The notes beneath the pieces were generated by a model that saw nothing but the letters and a program-made list of their open reading frames with translations, was not told the DNA's origin and did not search any database. The position numbers and the translations under genes were made by a program. From NCBI GenBank assembly GCA_031553765.1, contig JAVBKY010000003.1, forward strand, positions 112,933 to 176,932: a DNA stretch of 64,000 nt. The letters are read 5' to 3'. Each line of letters starts with the position of its first letter. Within the stretch, counting starts at the first letter, position 1. This stretch comes from Bacteroidales bacterium (lineage in GTDB: Bacteria; Bacteroidota; Bacteroidia; Bacteroidales; UBA932). Below are positions 30,447-38,744 of the stretch, piece by piece.

Positions 30447-31052
30447 TTACTTCTTTTTTGCTTTTACGTAGCCTTCATTAAGACCCTTCAACACCTCGTT
30501 GGTGATGTTAAGTCCGGCATCGCCGTAAAGCACCACGGTGCTGCCGCTGGTGCTAAGAATAATGCTGTAGCCCTTTTCAACGTTGTACTCCTTCACGTAG
30601 GCTTGGATATTACTTTGAATTTGGCGAAGCATTACACCCTCCTCCTCGGCCAACTCCATTTGAAGTTGCTGTTGTAACTGCTGCAACTCTTGCTGGCGCC
30701 TTGCCAAACCCTCCTGCAGCTGCTGAGCTTGCGAACGGGTTACCAAACCCTTCTCCACCTTTTCCTGAAAATCACGAGCATCGGTCTCGAACTTTCTCAT
30801 CTTTGCGGTAAAATCGCCATCTTTTTTCTTGGCCTTAACCTCAAATTCCTTTTGCAGATCAAAGTACATATCGTAGCCACGCACCAGCGAGTCAATATTT
30901 ACATATACAATGCCGCCGGCTACTGCCGTAACTTCGCCTTCGGCTGAGGCAGCTGCTACCGAACCCGATTTTTTACCCCCAAACACCATGGCAAATAGCA
31001 CTATCACAGCCACAAATGACACTACTGAAAGTATAAGAGATGCTTTTTTCAT
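30447..31052 (-). CDS. OmpH/Skp-family periplasmic chaperone
   Basis: Signal/anchor peptide plus a long Q/E/K-rich coiled coil and a C-terminal YSIIL...VLYGD pattern typical of OmpH. Confidence 0.8.
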   Translation of the reverse strand: MKKASLILSVVSFVAVIVLFAMVFGGKKSGSVAAASAEGEVTAVAGGIVYVNIDSLVRGYDMYFDLQKEFEVKAKKKDGDFTAKMRKFETDARDFQEKVEKGLVTRSQAQQLQEGLARRQQELQQLQQQLQMELAEEEGVMLRQIQSNIQAYVKEYNVEKGYSIILSTSGSTVVLYGDAGLNITNEVLKGLNEGYVKAKKK

Positions 31053-31130
31053 TTTATTTTACATTTATTGAGATTAAGAAGCAAAGTTAGAAATTATAAC
31101 GGATTGAGCAAAATGCTTCACTTTTTATGC

Positions 31131-31138
31131 TATTTTTG
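31131..31138 (+). promoter_or_regulatory. -7 promoter box (TATTTTTG) for the M16 peptidase gene
   Basis: Lies inside the longer ORF-track start (31127) and 22 nt upstream of ATG 31160, which supports the shorter start. Confidence 0.4.
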
Positions 31139-31159
31139 CACCAATTTTTCAACGCAATC

Positions 31160-32380
31160 ATGGAATTTCAAACGCTGTCGTTACCCAACGGCATTCGCAT
31201 AGTACATAAACGAGTAAAGTCACCCGTGGCCTACTGCGGGCTTACCGTCAATGCCGGTACGCGCGACGAGTTGGAGGGCGAACACGGCATGGCGCACTTT
31301 TTGGAGCACGTGCTATTTAAAGGAACAGTCAAGCGTAACTCACTACGCATTAGCAGCTTTCTTGAAAACGAGGGCGGCGACCTTAATGCTTTTACCACCA
31401 AAGAAGAAACCGCCATTCACGCCGTAGTGCTCAAAGGCGACGTGGGTAAAGCATTCGATATTATTTCCGACATTGTATTCAATCCGCTTTTTCCCGAAGC
31501 CGAGTTGGATAAGGAAAAGGATATTGTGCGCGACGAAATAAACCTGTACCGCGATAACCCCTCAGAGCAAATTTTCGATGAATTTGAGGAGTTGATGTTT
31601 CCCGCGTGCAGCCTTGGTCGCAGCATTTTGGGAACGCCCAAAAGTCTGAAAAACTTCACGCAGGAAAAAGTCAAAAATTTTGTGCGCCGCTGCTACGCTA
31701 CCGACCAAATGGTATTCGCCAGCGTAGGTAACTATAGCATCGACCGTGTGGCCACTTTGACCGACCGATATTTTTCGAATATTAGCGAGAATAAAAGAAA
31801 CGACAGGCGCACGCCTCCGGGTGAATATAAAGCGTTCAACACATCAAAAAAACTGCCCAACTATCAAGCAAATTGCCTGCTGGGTAATCGCTCATACGAC
31901 TACAACGACGAGCGTCGTTATGCGCTCAACCTGCTGGTAAATATGTTGGGCGGGCCAAGTCAAAACTCACGCATGAATCTCGCGCTACGTGAGATGAATG
32001 GCCTGTCATATGGCGTTGAGGTAGCAAACACGCTGTACTCCGATTGCGGTGTTACCAGCATTTACTTTGGTACCGATAAAAATGCCGTGGAGAAATGCCT
32101 TGCTTTGGTAAACACCGAGTTGGACAAGGTTCGCAATCAGAAGTTGACTCCATTTGAGCTTAATCGCGCAAAAAAACAGCTGATAGGTCAAATTGCCATA
32201 GCCTCGGAAAGCAACGAGCAGCTGATGCTGGTAATGGGAAAGAGCCTGCTATCATACAACAGAATTGAAACACCCGAAGAGGTTGAGGAGCGTATAAAAG
32301 CCATTACCGCCGACGAAATTTTAGCGGTAGCACAGGATGTTTTTAATCCTGAGAAAATGTCGTCGCTAATTTATACCTAA
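31160..32380 (+). CDS. M16-family (pitrilysin/insulinase-like) zinc peptidase
   Basis: HFLEH (HxxEH) zinc motif. Starts at MEFQTLSLPNGIRIV. Confidence 0.85.
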   Translation: MEFQTLSLPNGIRIVHKRVKSPVAYCGLTVNAGTRDELEGEHGMAHFLEHVLFKGTVKRNSLRISSFLENEGGDLNAFTTKEETAIHAVVLKGDVGKAFDIISDIVFNPLFPEAELDKEKDIVRDEINLYRDNPSEQIFDEFEELMFPACSLGRSILGTPKSLKNFTQEKVKNFVRRCYATDQMVFASVGNYSIDRVATLTDRYFSNISENKRNDRRTPPGEYKAFNTSKKLPNYQANCLLGNRSYDYNDERRYALNLLVNMLGGPSQNSRMNLALREMNGLSYGVEVANTLYSDCGVTSIYFGTDKNAVEKCLALVNTELDKVRNQKLTPFELNRAKKQLIGQIAIASESNEQLMLVMGKSLLSYNRIETPEEVEERIKAITADEILAVAQDVFNPEKMSSLIYT

Positions 32381-32389
32381 ACCCGTAGC

Positions 32390-32532
32390 GTCATTGCGAG
32401 GAGGAACGACGCAGCAATCTCATCAGTATTGTCATTGCGGGCTTGACCCGCAATCCCCCCGATTAGGAGATCCCGAGTCAAGCTCGGGATGACAGCATAG
32501 GCATGAGATTGCTTCGCTTTGCTCGCAATGAC
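32390..32532. repeat. Nested array of four REP-like hairpin elements (A-B-C-D; A/D and B/C are inverted pairs)
   Basis: A is 32390-32423 (GTCATTGCGAGG...GCAGCAATCTCAT). B is 32431-32455 (GTCATTGCGGGCTTGACCCGCAATC). C is 32467-32493 (GAGATCCCGAGTCAAGCTCGGGATGAC). D is 32503-32532 (ATGAGATTGCTTCGCTTTGCTCGCAATGAC). Confidence 0.8.
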
Positions 32533-32558
32533 GGTGCGATGAATTTGAAACTTGAAAT

Positions 32559-33191
32559 TTGGAATCTCTTTTAGAAAAATACTGCCTCACCCACTCCACC
32601 CCCGAGCCTGAACTGCTGGCGGAGCTATCGCGCGAAACACACCTGCGCGTGATACAGCCGCGCATGCTTTCGCACTGGCAACAGGGGTTGTTTTTGCAGC
32701 TGCTGGTAAAACTATCGGGAGCAAGAAACATTTTGGAAATAGGCACTTTTACAGGCTACTCAGCACTCTGCATGGCAGAAGCATTGCCCACCGATGGAGA
32801 ACTGCACTCCTACGATGTGGACGATGAAATGCTGGAAATAGCGCAATCGTTCGTAGACCGTTCGCCTCGCGCAAAGCAAATATTTCTGCACCATCAAAGT
32901 GCTTTAGAGGGCGCTCCCACGCTCAATAAATCCTTTGATTTCATTTTCCTTGACGGCGATAAGCGCGAGTATCCCGACTACTACCGCATGGCGCTGAGGT
33001 TGCTTTCGAGCAAGGGCATAATTGTTGCCGACAATGTGCTGTGGAGCGGAAAAATTCTCGATACTCCTGCCACAGGTGACAAACACACCAAGGCCTTGCA
33101 GGAATTCAACGACATGGTGGCAAATGACAGCTCGGTGGAGCAGCTGATATTACCCCTAAGGGATGGGTTGACGATAATTAGAAGGAAATAG
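32559..33191 (+). CDS. Class I SAM-dependent O-methyltransferase (caffeoyl-CoA OMT-like)
   Basis: TTG start. ILEIGTFTGYSAL SAM-binding motif and FDFIFLDGDK. Confidence 0.8.
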   Translation: MESLLEKYCLTHSTPEPELLAELSRETHLRVIQPRMLSHWQQGLFLQLLVKLSGARNILEIGTFTGYSALCMAEALPTDGELHSYDVDDEMLEIAQSFVDRSPRAKQIFLHHQSALEGAPTLNKSFDFIFLDGDKREYPDYYRMALRLLSSKGIIVADNVLWSGKILDTPATGDKHTKALQEFNDMVANDSSVEQLILPLRDGLTIIRRK

Positions 33192-33310
33192 ATCAACAAC
33201 AAATTGAGAGTTTCAGTATTTAATTAGTTATTTATATTTAGGCTCCGTACATTGTGCATAAACACACTTCAGAAGAGACCAAAATATAAATAACCATAGT
33301 GCCAAAGTAT

Positions 33311-33941
33311 AGCCCTGAAAGGGCTTAATGTGAATAACCGTGGGTGAAGCCCACGGAAAAACAAAGGAACAAGATAACCGTCCCCGAAGGGGGCGAACAA
33401 AGCATAATCATGTCCAGCTATCGCCAAATATTATATCACATTATTTTTCGCACAAAAGATAGTGAACTAACACTACCGTTAGCTCAGAACGATGAGTTAT
33501 ACAAATATATTTGGGGATTCGTAAAGCAAAAAAATTGTGTGCTTTACCGAATCAACGGCATGGAAGATCACATTCACATGCTATCTGATTTACATCCAAG
33601 TATTGCCTTAGCCGATTTTATTCGCGACCTAAAAGTATCAACTTCTATTTGGCTAAAAGAAAATCCACTCTTTCCTAATTTTAAAGGGTGGGCTGATGGA
33701 TATGCTGCGTTAACGTATGCTTACCGAGACAAAGGCACGATAGTAAACTACATAAAGAATCAGCAGGAGCACCATAAAACAACAACTTTTATGGAAGAGT
33801 ACAGAAAATTGCTGGAAGAAGAGGGTGTGCTAATAGACGATCGATACTTTCCATAATTCGCCCCCTTCGGGGACAAACCGCAGGATGTTACTTATGCCGT
33901 GGGTTTTACCCACGGTTATTCACATTAAGCCCTTGCAGGGC
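33311..33941 (+). mobile_element. RAYT unit: Y1 transposase gene bracketed by mirrored hairpin triplets
   Basis: The left arm 33311-33356 is the near-perfect reverse complement of the right arm 33897-33941. The inner pair 33380-33397 / 33857-33874 is perfectly complementary (GTCCCCGAAGGGGGCGAA / TTCGCCCCCTTCGGGGAC). Confidence 0.8.
33410..33856 (+). CDS. REP-associated tyrosine transposase (RAYT, IS200/IS605 Y1 family)
   Basis: YHIIFRTK, HUH motif (DHIHML) and catalytic-Tyr region (YIKNQQEHH). ATG 33410 is preferred over the GTG at 33344, which lies inside the flanking hairpins. Confidence 0.85.
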   Translation: MSSYRQILYHIIFRTKDSELTLPLAQNDELYKYIWGFVKQKNCVLYRINGMEDHIHMLSDLHPSIALADFIRDLKVSTSIWLKENPLFPNFKGWADGYAALTYAYRDKGTIVNYIKNQQEHHKTTTFMEEYRKLLEEEGVLIDDRYFP

Positions 33942-33989
33942 AAAAATACGCTAATAGAAAATCGTTTTGCAAATAATTACTATAATCGG

Positions 33990-34026
33990 AAAAACGAAGC
34001 GAACCGTAAAAAAAACGAAGCGAACC
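33990..34026. repeat. Two perfect 16-bp direct repeats (AAAAACGAAGCGAACC), 21-bp period; candidate transposase end-binding sites
   Basis: Copies at 33990-34005 and 34011-34026, just outside the last phage gene. Confidence 0.5.
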
Positions 34027-34043
34027 AAAAAAGGTGATTTTTA

Positions 34044-34066
34044 GCCCGCCACTTCGCGGGCTTTTT
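34044..34066 (+). terminator. Hairpin plus T-run (GCCCGC-CACTTC-GCGGGC-TTTTT)
   Basis: Oriented to stop plus-strand transcription entering the prophage from the host flank. Confidence 0.5.
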
Positions 34067-34112
34067 ATTTCCCGCTTGTAAAAGTATCAAAGAAGAGCGT
34101 TTAAACGCCATT

Positions 34113-34946
34113 TTAGCGACGTTTAAACGCTTTAAAAATCATAATGTCGCGGTATTTTGTGCATTTATTAACGGTTGATTCAATCGTTGTAATCTTTGCA
34201 CCAGCAAAAGGGCTTTTCAGCCCGTAACTTTCTAACCATTCTAAAAGTTCCAGTATGGTCGATTTGCCCGACGTAAAGAAAGCAAATTGCGTGCCGCGTA
34301 AACAATCTAAAACCGCCAAATAATCGCGCAATTTCCAGTACATTTTGTACGTTTTTGCGTCCGTGCTTAAATACGGTGGGTCGCAAATGAAAAATACTTT
34401 TTTGTTACTCTTAAACTCGTCGAAAAGTTCCCTATAATCACATCTGCGTATTTCCAAGCCATGCAAGTACGTTGACGCGTCGCAGTAGTCCGAACTTTTT
34501 ACTTTGTTGTAAAGCGTACTTTTTTTAAGTTCGTCGTAGTTATTCACGTACTTCATGGAGAATAAAAGCAACGTACTCAACGTAATGTAGTCAACAAAGC
34601 CCTTTTTGTCGTGCTTTTTAATCACCCTTAGCACCTCGCTACTCTTTACCTTTGATAGTGTCTTTTCGTATGGCTCTTCAGCCAGCAACTCGCGAACTTC
34701 GGCAAGCAGTACGTTTGTTGCTGCAATATTTTTCAATCTTACTTGAAAATTGTCGAAATCATTGTAAATAACGCGGCTTTTAGGCTTGATATCTTTTGCG
34801 GTTCGCGAAAGCAAACCCGAACCTCCGAAAAGGTCAACAAAAATAGTATCGTCAGGCAGCGCCGATATTTCGGAGGCAAAACGTGTTGCATGGTTTCTCT
34901 TTTGCCCCTGAAAAGGCAGCGGGGCTTGCCTGTATTTTTTAATCAT
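34113..34946 (-). CDS. DNA N6-adenine methyltransferase (Dam/D12-class-like), no partner endonuclease seen
   Basis: FGGSG (motif I) and CDPPY (motif IV). It is the last gene of the prophage. Confidence 0.75.
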   Translation of the reverse strand: MIKKYRQAPLPFQGQKRNHATRFASEISALPDDTIFVDLFGGSGLLSRTAKDIKPKSRVIYNDFDNFQVRLKNIAATNVLLAEVRELLAEEPYEKTLSKVKSSEVLRVIKKHDKKGFVDYITLSTLLLFSMKYVNNYDELKKSTLYNKVKSSDYCDASTYLHGLEIRRCDYRELFDEFKSNKKVFFICDPPYLSTDAKTYKMYWKLRDYLAVLDCLRGTQFAFFTSGKSTILELLEWLESYGLKSPFAGAKITTIESTVNKCTKYRDIMIFKAFKRR

Positions 34947-35008
34947 TCAGCATAGACAGCGCGAAGCTGGTGTTTTTTATTTCTCTTAAACTAATGTGTT
35001 TACACCTA

Positions 35009-35302
35009 TTATAATGGGGGGAGGGGGTGTTTATTGTATTCCACATAAAGCCACTCGTGACTTTCTACATCAAGTTGGATTTTATGATTACCTACTTTTG
35101 CCTTATCGTAGGGTTCACCGGCGTATCCGGAGCAAGGCTTAAATTCGCTTGACTTCCGGTCGTTAAAACCAAAAGGCTTTAACGCTTCCGCTTCGTTGAT
35201 TTCAAGCAGTTCTCTATCTACTTCCACTCCGTTAATAGCGTAGTAGTTCGGGAACCCAGCAAAATCAGCGGGGTAGATTTTGACTTTTAACGTGTCTTTC
35301 AT
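35009..35302 (-). CDS. Hypothetical protein (position suggests a tail-fibre assembly chaperone)
   Basis: 97-aa ORF starting 1 nt after the fibre gene stop. I recognise no motif. Confidence 0.3.
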   Translation of the reverse strand: MKDTLKVKIYPADFAGFPNYYAINGVEVDRELLEINEAEALKPFGFNDRKSSEFKPCSGYAGEPYDKAKVGNHKIQLDVESHEWLYVEYNKHPLPPL

Positions 35303-35303
35303 T

Positions 35304-36047
35304 TTAAAAATTTTTTACGAGCGTCATAAAAACGCTAAATGGATAATAATCACAAATAAATCCCACTTCATTACCATTTACATCAATGGCACCCATTTGT
35401 ATGCTTGGATAGTAAACTATTCCCCACCCCTGTACCATTTTCTGATTAGCTGGGCGATGACTATCTATGTAGGTCAGTGTATACGCAAAGTCCTCCCTTG
35501 TGGCAACATCGGGGACATTTGTCATTCTTATTTCTTCTCCTCCTGGCATCCTCAGCCCCGAGTTATTAAAGTAAAGAGCCAGGCTAATATCTCTGCCATT
35601 ATCCTTATAGTAGCCTCTTAACTCGCTGTTGGACCAGCCTGTTCCAGCAAAATCAAATATCACTTCTGTCCAACCAACGTTAAGCGCATTTTTCACAAAT
35701 GCAGTGGTTGCTATCTGCGTACTACTTGTGCCTGTGGCTGCTGTTGGAGCAGTGGGCGTACCAGTAAACACAGGGCTTGCTAATGGTGCAGCACCGATCT
35801 GCGCCGCCGTGGTGTTGTGTGGATTGCTGGTGTTGTCTTCGTGCGAAAGCAATTCTTCGGTCGCGTCAACTATCTGTTGTGTTACAACTGCCAAATCGCT
35901 CAAATTAGCGGCACCCTCTACGCTTTCAACGGGTATCTTTTCCGACTTGTGCCAAAACGAAGCAAATATCGCCCAAAACCACTCTTGCTTGGGCTTCACT
36001 TCACGTTTAAACCATGCCTTTAGCTGTTCAATTGATGTTATAGCCAT
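35304..36047 (-). CDS. Tail fibre protein
   Basis: APLASPVFTGTPTAPTAATGTSSTQIATTAFV is the widespread phage tail-fibre collar motif. The C-terminal half is unique and is a candidate receptor-binding domain. Confidence 0.75.
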   Translation of the reverse strand: MAITSIEQLKAWFKREVKPKQEWFWAIFASFWHKSEKIPVESVEGAANLSDLAVVTQQIVDATEELLSHEDNTSNPHNTTAAQIGAAPLASPVFTGTPTAPTAATGTSSTQIATTAFVKNALNVGWTEVIFDFAGTGWSNSELRGYYKDNGRDISLALYFNNSGLRMPGGEEIRMTNVPDVATREDFAYTLTYIDSHRPANQKMVQGWGIVYYPSIQMGAIDVNGNEVGFICDYYPFSVFMTLVKNF

Positions 36048-36058
36048 TTACTTTATCT

Positions 36059-36802
36059 TTAATCTAACGAGTAAATAAAATTGCCAATGTAACTAACGGG
36101 ATTGTTCGGGTAGGATTTTATCATTGTTTGAATACGCAATGAACCGTCAGTTTCGACTTGCATATTGGCGGGTGTATATTCATCGCCGGAGTACCCTATC
36201 GGAGTCTTCCAAATTACGGGAAATCTCAACAACTTATTTGGTCTAAATTTGGCAGGCAAAATTCCGAAATCAATTATCCAATCCGTTAAAAGACCTGTGT
36301 TTAAATCCACCGATAGATATAACTCTACGTGTCCGATTGCCGTTTTTCTTGCCTTTAAAGTCCCGGAAACGCCCAGCAAGGAAAATGGTATATTTTCCCA
36401 CTCTGTCGATTGGTCGGCAATAACCTTTTTAGGAGTAGGCTTAAACTCACTCCATGCAACTTGCCCGCTACCCGCACCAAACTTTGCGTACCTGTTGTAG
36501 TAGGGTTCTTTTGAAATTCCGTCCTCATAAACAACCGAGGTTTTTTCTTCTACCACTATAATGTGGTTGCCCTTTGCGCCGCCTTGTAGTGGCATTATTT
36601 CGCCGAGAATAGACACAAAGCCGCTGCCGATAATTGAGTCGTTCTCGTCGCAACCCGACAAAATAACGTACTGGTTACCGCATAGCGTTTGCATTGCGCC
36701 AGCCAATGCCTGAAAGGAGTCGGCACTCGCGCTTTGCATAAAGTTTAAGGCGTCCTGCGTTAGCGGGAAACCGCCCGATTTTGAAAATTCGATTTTGTTC
36801 AT
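36059..36802 (-). CDS. Putative second tail-fibre/receptor-binding or baseplate-distal protein
   Basis: 247 aa. Assigned only from its position between the baseplate genes and the fibre gene. Confidence 0.35.
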   Translation of the reverse strand: MNKIEFSKSGGFPLTQDALNFMQSASADSFQALAGAMQTLCGNQYVILSGCDENDSIIGSGFVSILGEIMPLQGGAKGNHIIVVEEKTSVVYEDGISKEPYYNRYAKFGAGSGQVAWSEFKPTPKKVIADQSTEWENIPFSLLGVSGTLKARKTAIGHVELYLSVDLNTGLLTDWIIDFGILPAKFRPNKLLRFPVIWKTPIGYSGDEYTPANMQVETDGSLRIQTMIKSYPNNPVSYIGNFIYSLD

Positions 36803-37302
36803 TGGTTTATGATTGTAAAAGTTTTATCGGGTAATGCATACGTGCGTAGTAGCGAGGTCATGCGCGCCACATCATACGGCTGCGCTGCCTTTGGTACAAT
36901 AACCGAAAAATCAACGCCCGCAACGCCCGCCTCTGCATAGGTGTAGATGTATTGTGGCTTGTTCAAGTAAAGTGGCTTTTCTTCGTTCGCAACTTGCATT
37001 ACACCGCCAAGATATACTTTAACCACCTCCACGTTTTTTTCGAGTACAATCCGTATTCGGTTGTCATATTCAGTTGTTAACCCGTCCGAATAAAACGTAT
37101 AGTTGAGTAAGTATTCCAAGCGCGGTATCGTACTGTTGATACTTTCGCGCAACAGGTCGCTTGCACGGGTGAGCATGAAGCGTTCGTATAGTGAAACAAT
37201 GGGCGCAACCGCGGCGTATAGCCACGCCACAAGCGCGGATTTACTCCTAAAGTTAACAGGTAAAAGCAGCCTTGCTAATATTGTAAAACTCACGTTAAAC
37301 AT
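36799..37302 (-). CDS. Putative baseplate/tail protein (Mu gp48 / P2 gpI position)
   Basis: Translationally coupled (overlapping) to both neighbouring genes. Assigned from position only. Confidence 0.35.
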   Translation of the reverse strand: MFNVSFTILARLLLPVNFRSKSALVAWLYAAVAPIVSLYERFMLTRASDLLRESINSTIPRLEYLLNYTFYSDGLTTEYDNRIRIVLEKNVEVVKVYLGGVMQVANEEKPLYLNKPQYIYTYAEAGVAGVDFSVIVPKAAQPYDVARMTSLLRTYALPDKTFTIINQ

Positions 37303-38185
37303 TTTCGCCGTATTGGTAGGGTTTCATGTTTATAATCAAAGCGTCGTCGTAGAACTTGTACCAGCCCGCATTCGGAATAACGCCCTCGGCGGGTGGCGTT
37401 TTCCATGTGCCGCCGTTGTCCTCGCTGACCTTATTTTCGTCAATGAGTGGCACACGCACACCGCTTACTTTTTGCAGCGCGTCAACGTGAAATGTAGGCA
37501 CGTATAAGCCGTTAAACGGTAGAGATTGCATGTAGTCGACAATAGCTGATTTTACCACATCTTGTGCCGAACCGTCAAGGCGATTACCGTCAGCGTCCAG
37601 CACCTGCGGGTCGTAGTACACCGTCCACGTTTGGCGCACCCTATCGGGGTTGTTGCTGGTACACTCTAAATCAACCCCCGCGTCCTGCGTGTCCTGCACG
37701 TAGCGCGTAAAGGCTTGCAATTCGGCGGCGTCAAGCGGCTGGCGCTCGGTGGTTCCCTTTGCCGCTTTGACACGCAAAAATACACGTCCGTTATCCCGCT
37801 TGTAGCGCGCGGTGGCGGCGTAGGTAACTATTTTTGCTGCGGCAATTTCGCTATCGGTTTTGCCTGTGGTGTCATACTCGCACGTAAACGGTACCAATTG
37901 GAACCCGTACAAAAATTGTAGCGCCTTTTCGGTATAGTAGTTGAGCGTGTGCGCGTGGCGGTTTGATAGCAGCGTTTCTACCTCGTCGCGGTGCCTGTCA
38001 AACAAAACTTCAAGCACCCATACAGCCATTGCCACCACGTAAAAGAATATGCTTTCAATGGACGCAACGCTGAATTGTTGTTCAAATGTCTTTGTATTGT
38101 CGAGGCTGTACGACTGTTGTACCGCTTCGTTTGCAACGAAGTTGTCGGTAATCTCTTTTTTTATTTCTGTTACGCTTCGTGCCAT
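37295..38185 (-). CDS. Baseplate J-like wedge protein (putative)
   Basis: Size and position (after the spike and small baseplate genes) fit the Mu gp47 / P2 gpJ slot. Confidence 0.45.
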   Translation of the reverse strand: MARSVTEIKKEITDNFVANEAVQQSYSLDNTKTFEQQFSVASIESIFFYVVAMAVWVLEVLFDRHRDEVETLLSNRHAHTLNYYTEKALQFLYGFQLVPFTCEYDTTGKTDSEIAAAKIVTYAATARYKRDNGRVFLRVKAAKGTTERQPLDAAELQAFTRYVQDTQDAGVDLECTSNNPDRVRQTWTVYYDPQVLDADGNRLDGSAQDVVKSAIVDYMQSLPFNGLYVPTFHVDALQKVSGVRVPLIDENKVSEDNGGTWKTPPAEGVIPNAGWYKFYDDALIINMKPYQYGENV

Positions 38186-38187
38186 AA

Positions 38188-38469
38188 TTAGCTAATGATA
38201 AAGTCAACTTCAATTGCCCAACTGCCTATACCCTCGCGGTCGTCCTCTTCGAGTGCAGTAGCGGGTGTTATTTGGTTTTTTTCGTAGTACTCGGTAACAC
38301 GCTTGTCTTGAATTTCAGAAGTGGAATACTCAAACGCAGTACCCGCGTTCACCAAGTCCGTTACCGAGCAACCCAACTTTTCAGCCACCAAAAAGGCGGC
38401 GTCAACCGTGCCGAAATACAGCAGCGCTAAGTCGAATACGCTTTGCCTATGTTGTACGGTTGCTTTCAT
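38188..38469 (-). CDS. Small baseplate-module protein (possibly LysM-like, P2 gpX-like)
   Basis: 93 aa. SVFDLALLYFGTVDAAFLVAEKLGCSVTDLV has a LysM-like helix pattern. This is weak evidence. Confidence 0.3.
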   Translation of the reverse strand: MKATVQHRQSVFDLALLYFGTVDAAFLVAEKLGCSVTDLVNAGTAFEYSTSEIQDKRVTEYYEKNQITPATALEEDDREGIGSWAIEVDFIIS

Positions 38470-38744
38470 CGTTTAACCACTATTTCGCTTGCGCTTGCCT
38501 CGACGTGCTTAACGTCAACGCCGACGCTTTGCAGCTGTTTTTTTATGTTGGCGCACCACAAAGAAGTCGGCGCGGTACCGCCCAACATCTTTACCGTTTC
38601 ACCACCGACCAAGGGCGCCTCTTTCAGCTCGCCGCGGTTAGCGCGCAAAACGGTTTCTATGGTTTGCCCGTCCGCGTCGCCCAGCTGTACGCTGCCACCC
38701 GCCAGCACAGGCGCTCCGTTTTCGTTTAAAACAATGCCTTTCAT
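38466..38744 (-). CDS. Small baseplate-module protein, function unknown
   Basis: 92 aa, overlaps both neighbours by 1-4 nt. Confidence 0.35.
   Translation of the reverse strand: MKGIVLNENGAPVLAGGSVQLGDADGQTIETVLRANRGELKEAPLVGGETVKMLGGTAPTSLWCANIKKQLQSVGVDVKHVEASASEIVVKR

Noticed and set aside
32432-32746. 104-aa minus-strand ORF ending ...PELDSGSPNRGDCGSSPQ.
   Set aside because: Most of it is a translation of the REP-like hairpin array plus the antisense of the O-methyltransferase 5' end, so it is not a gene.
33344-33409. GTG-initiated N-terminal extension of the RAYT ORF.
   Set aside because: The extension runs through the left flanking hairpins. The conserved Y1-transposase N-terminus (SSYRQILYHIIFRTK) starts at ATG 33410.
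35304-36802. Diversity-generating retroelement or invertible (Gin/shufflon-type) tail-fibre switching.
   Set aside because: There is no reverse transcriptase, no invertase or recombinase gene and no obvious inverted fibre-gene fragments anywhere in the visible prophage.
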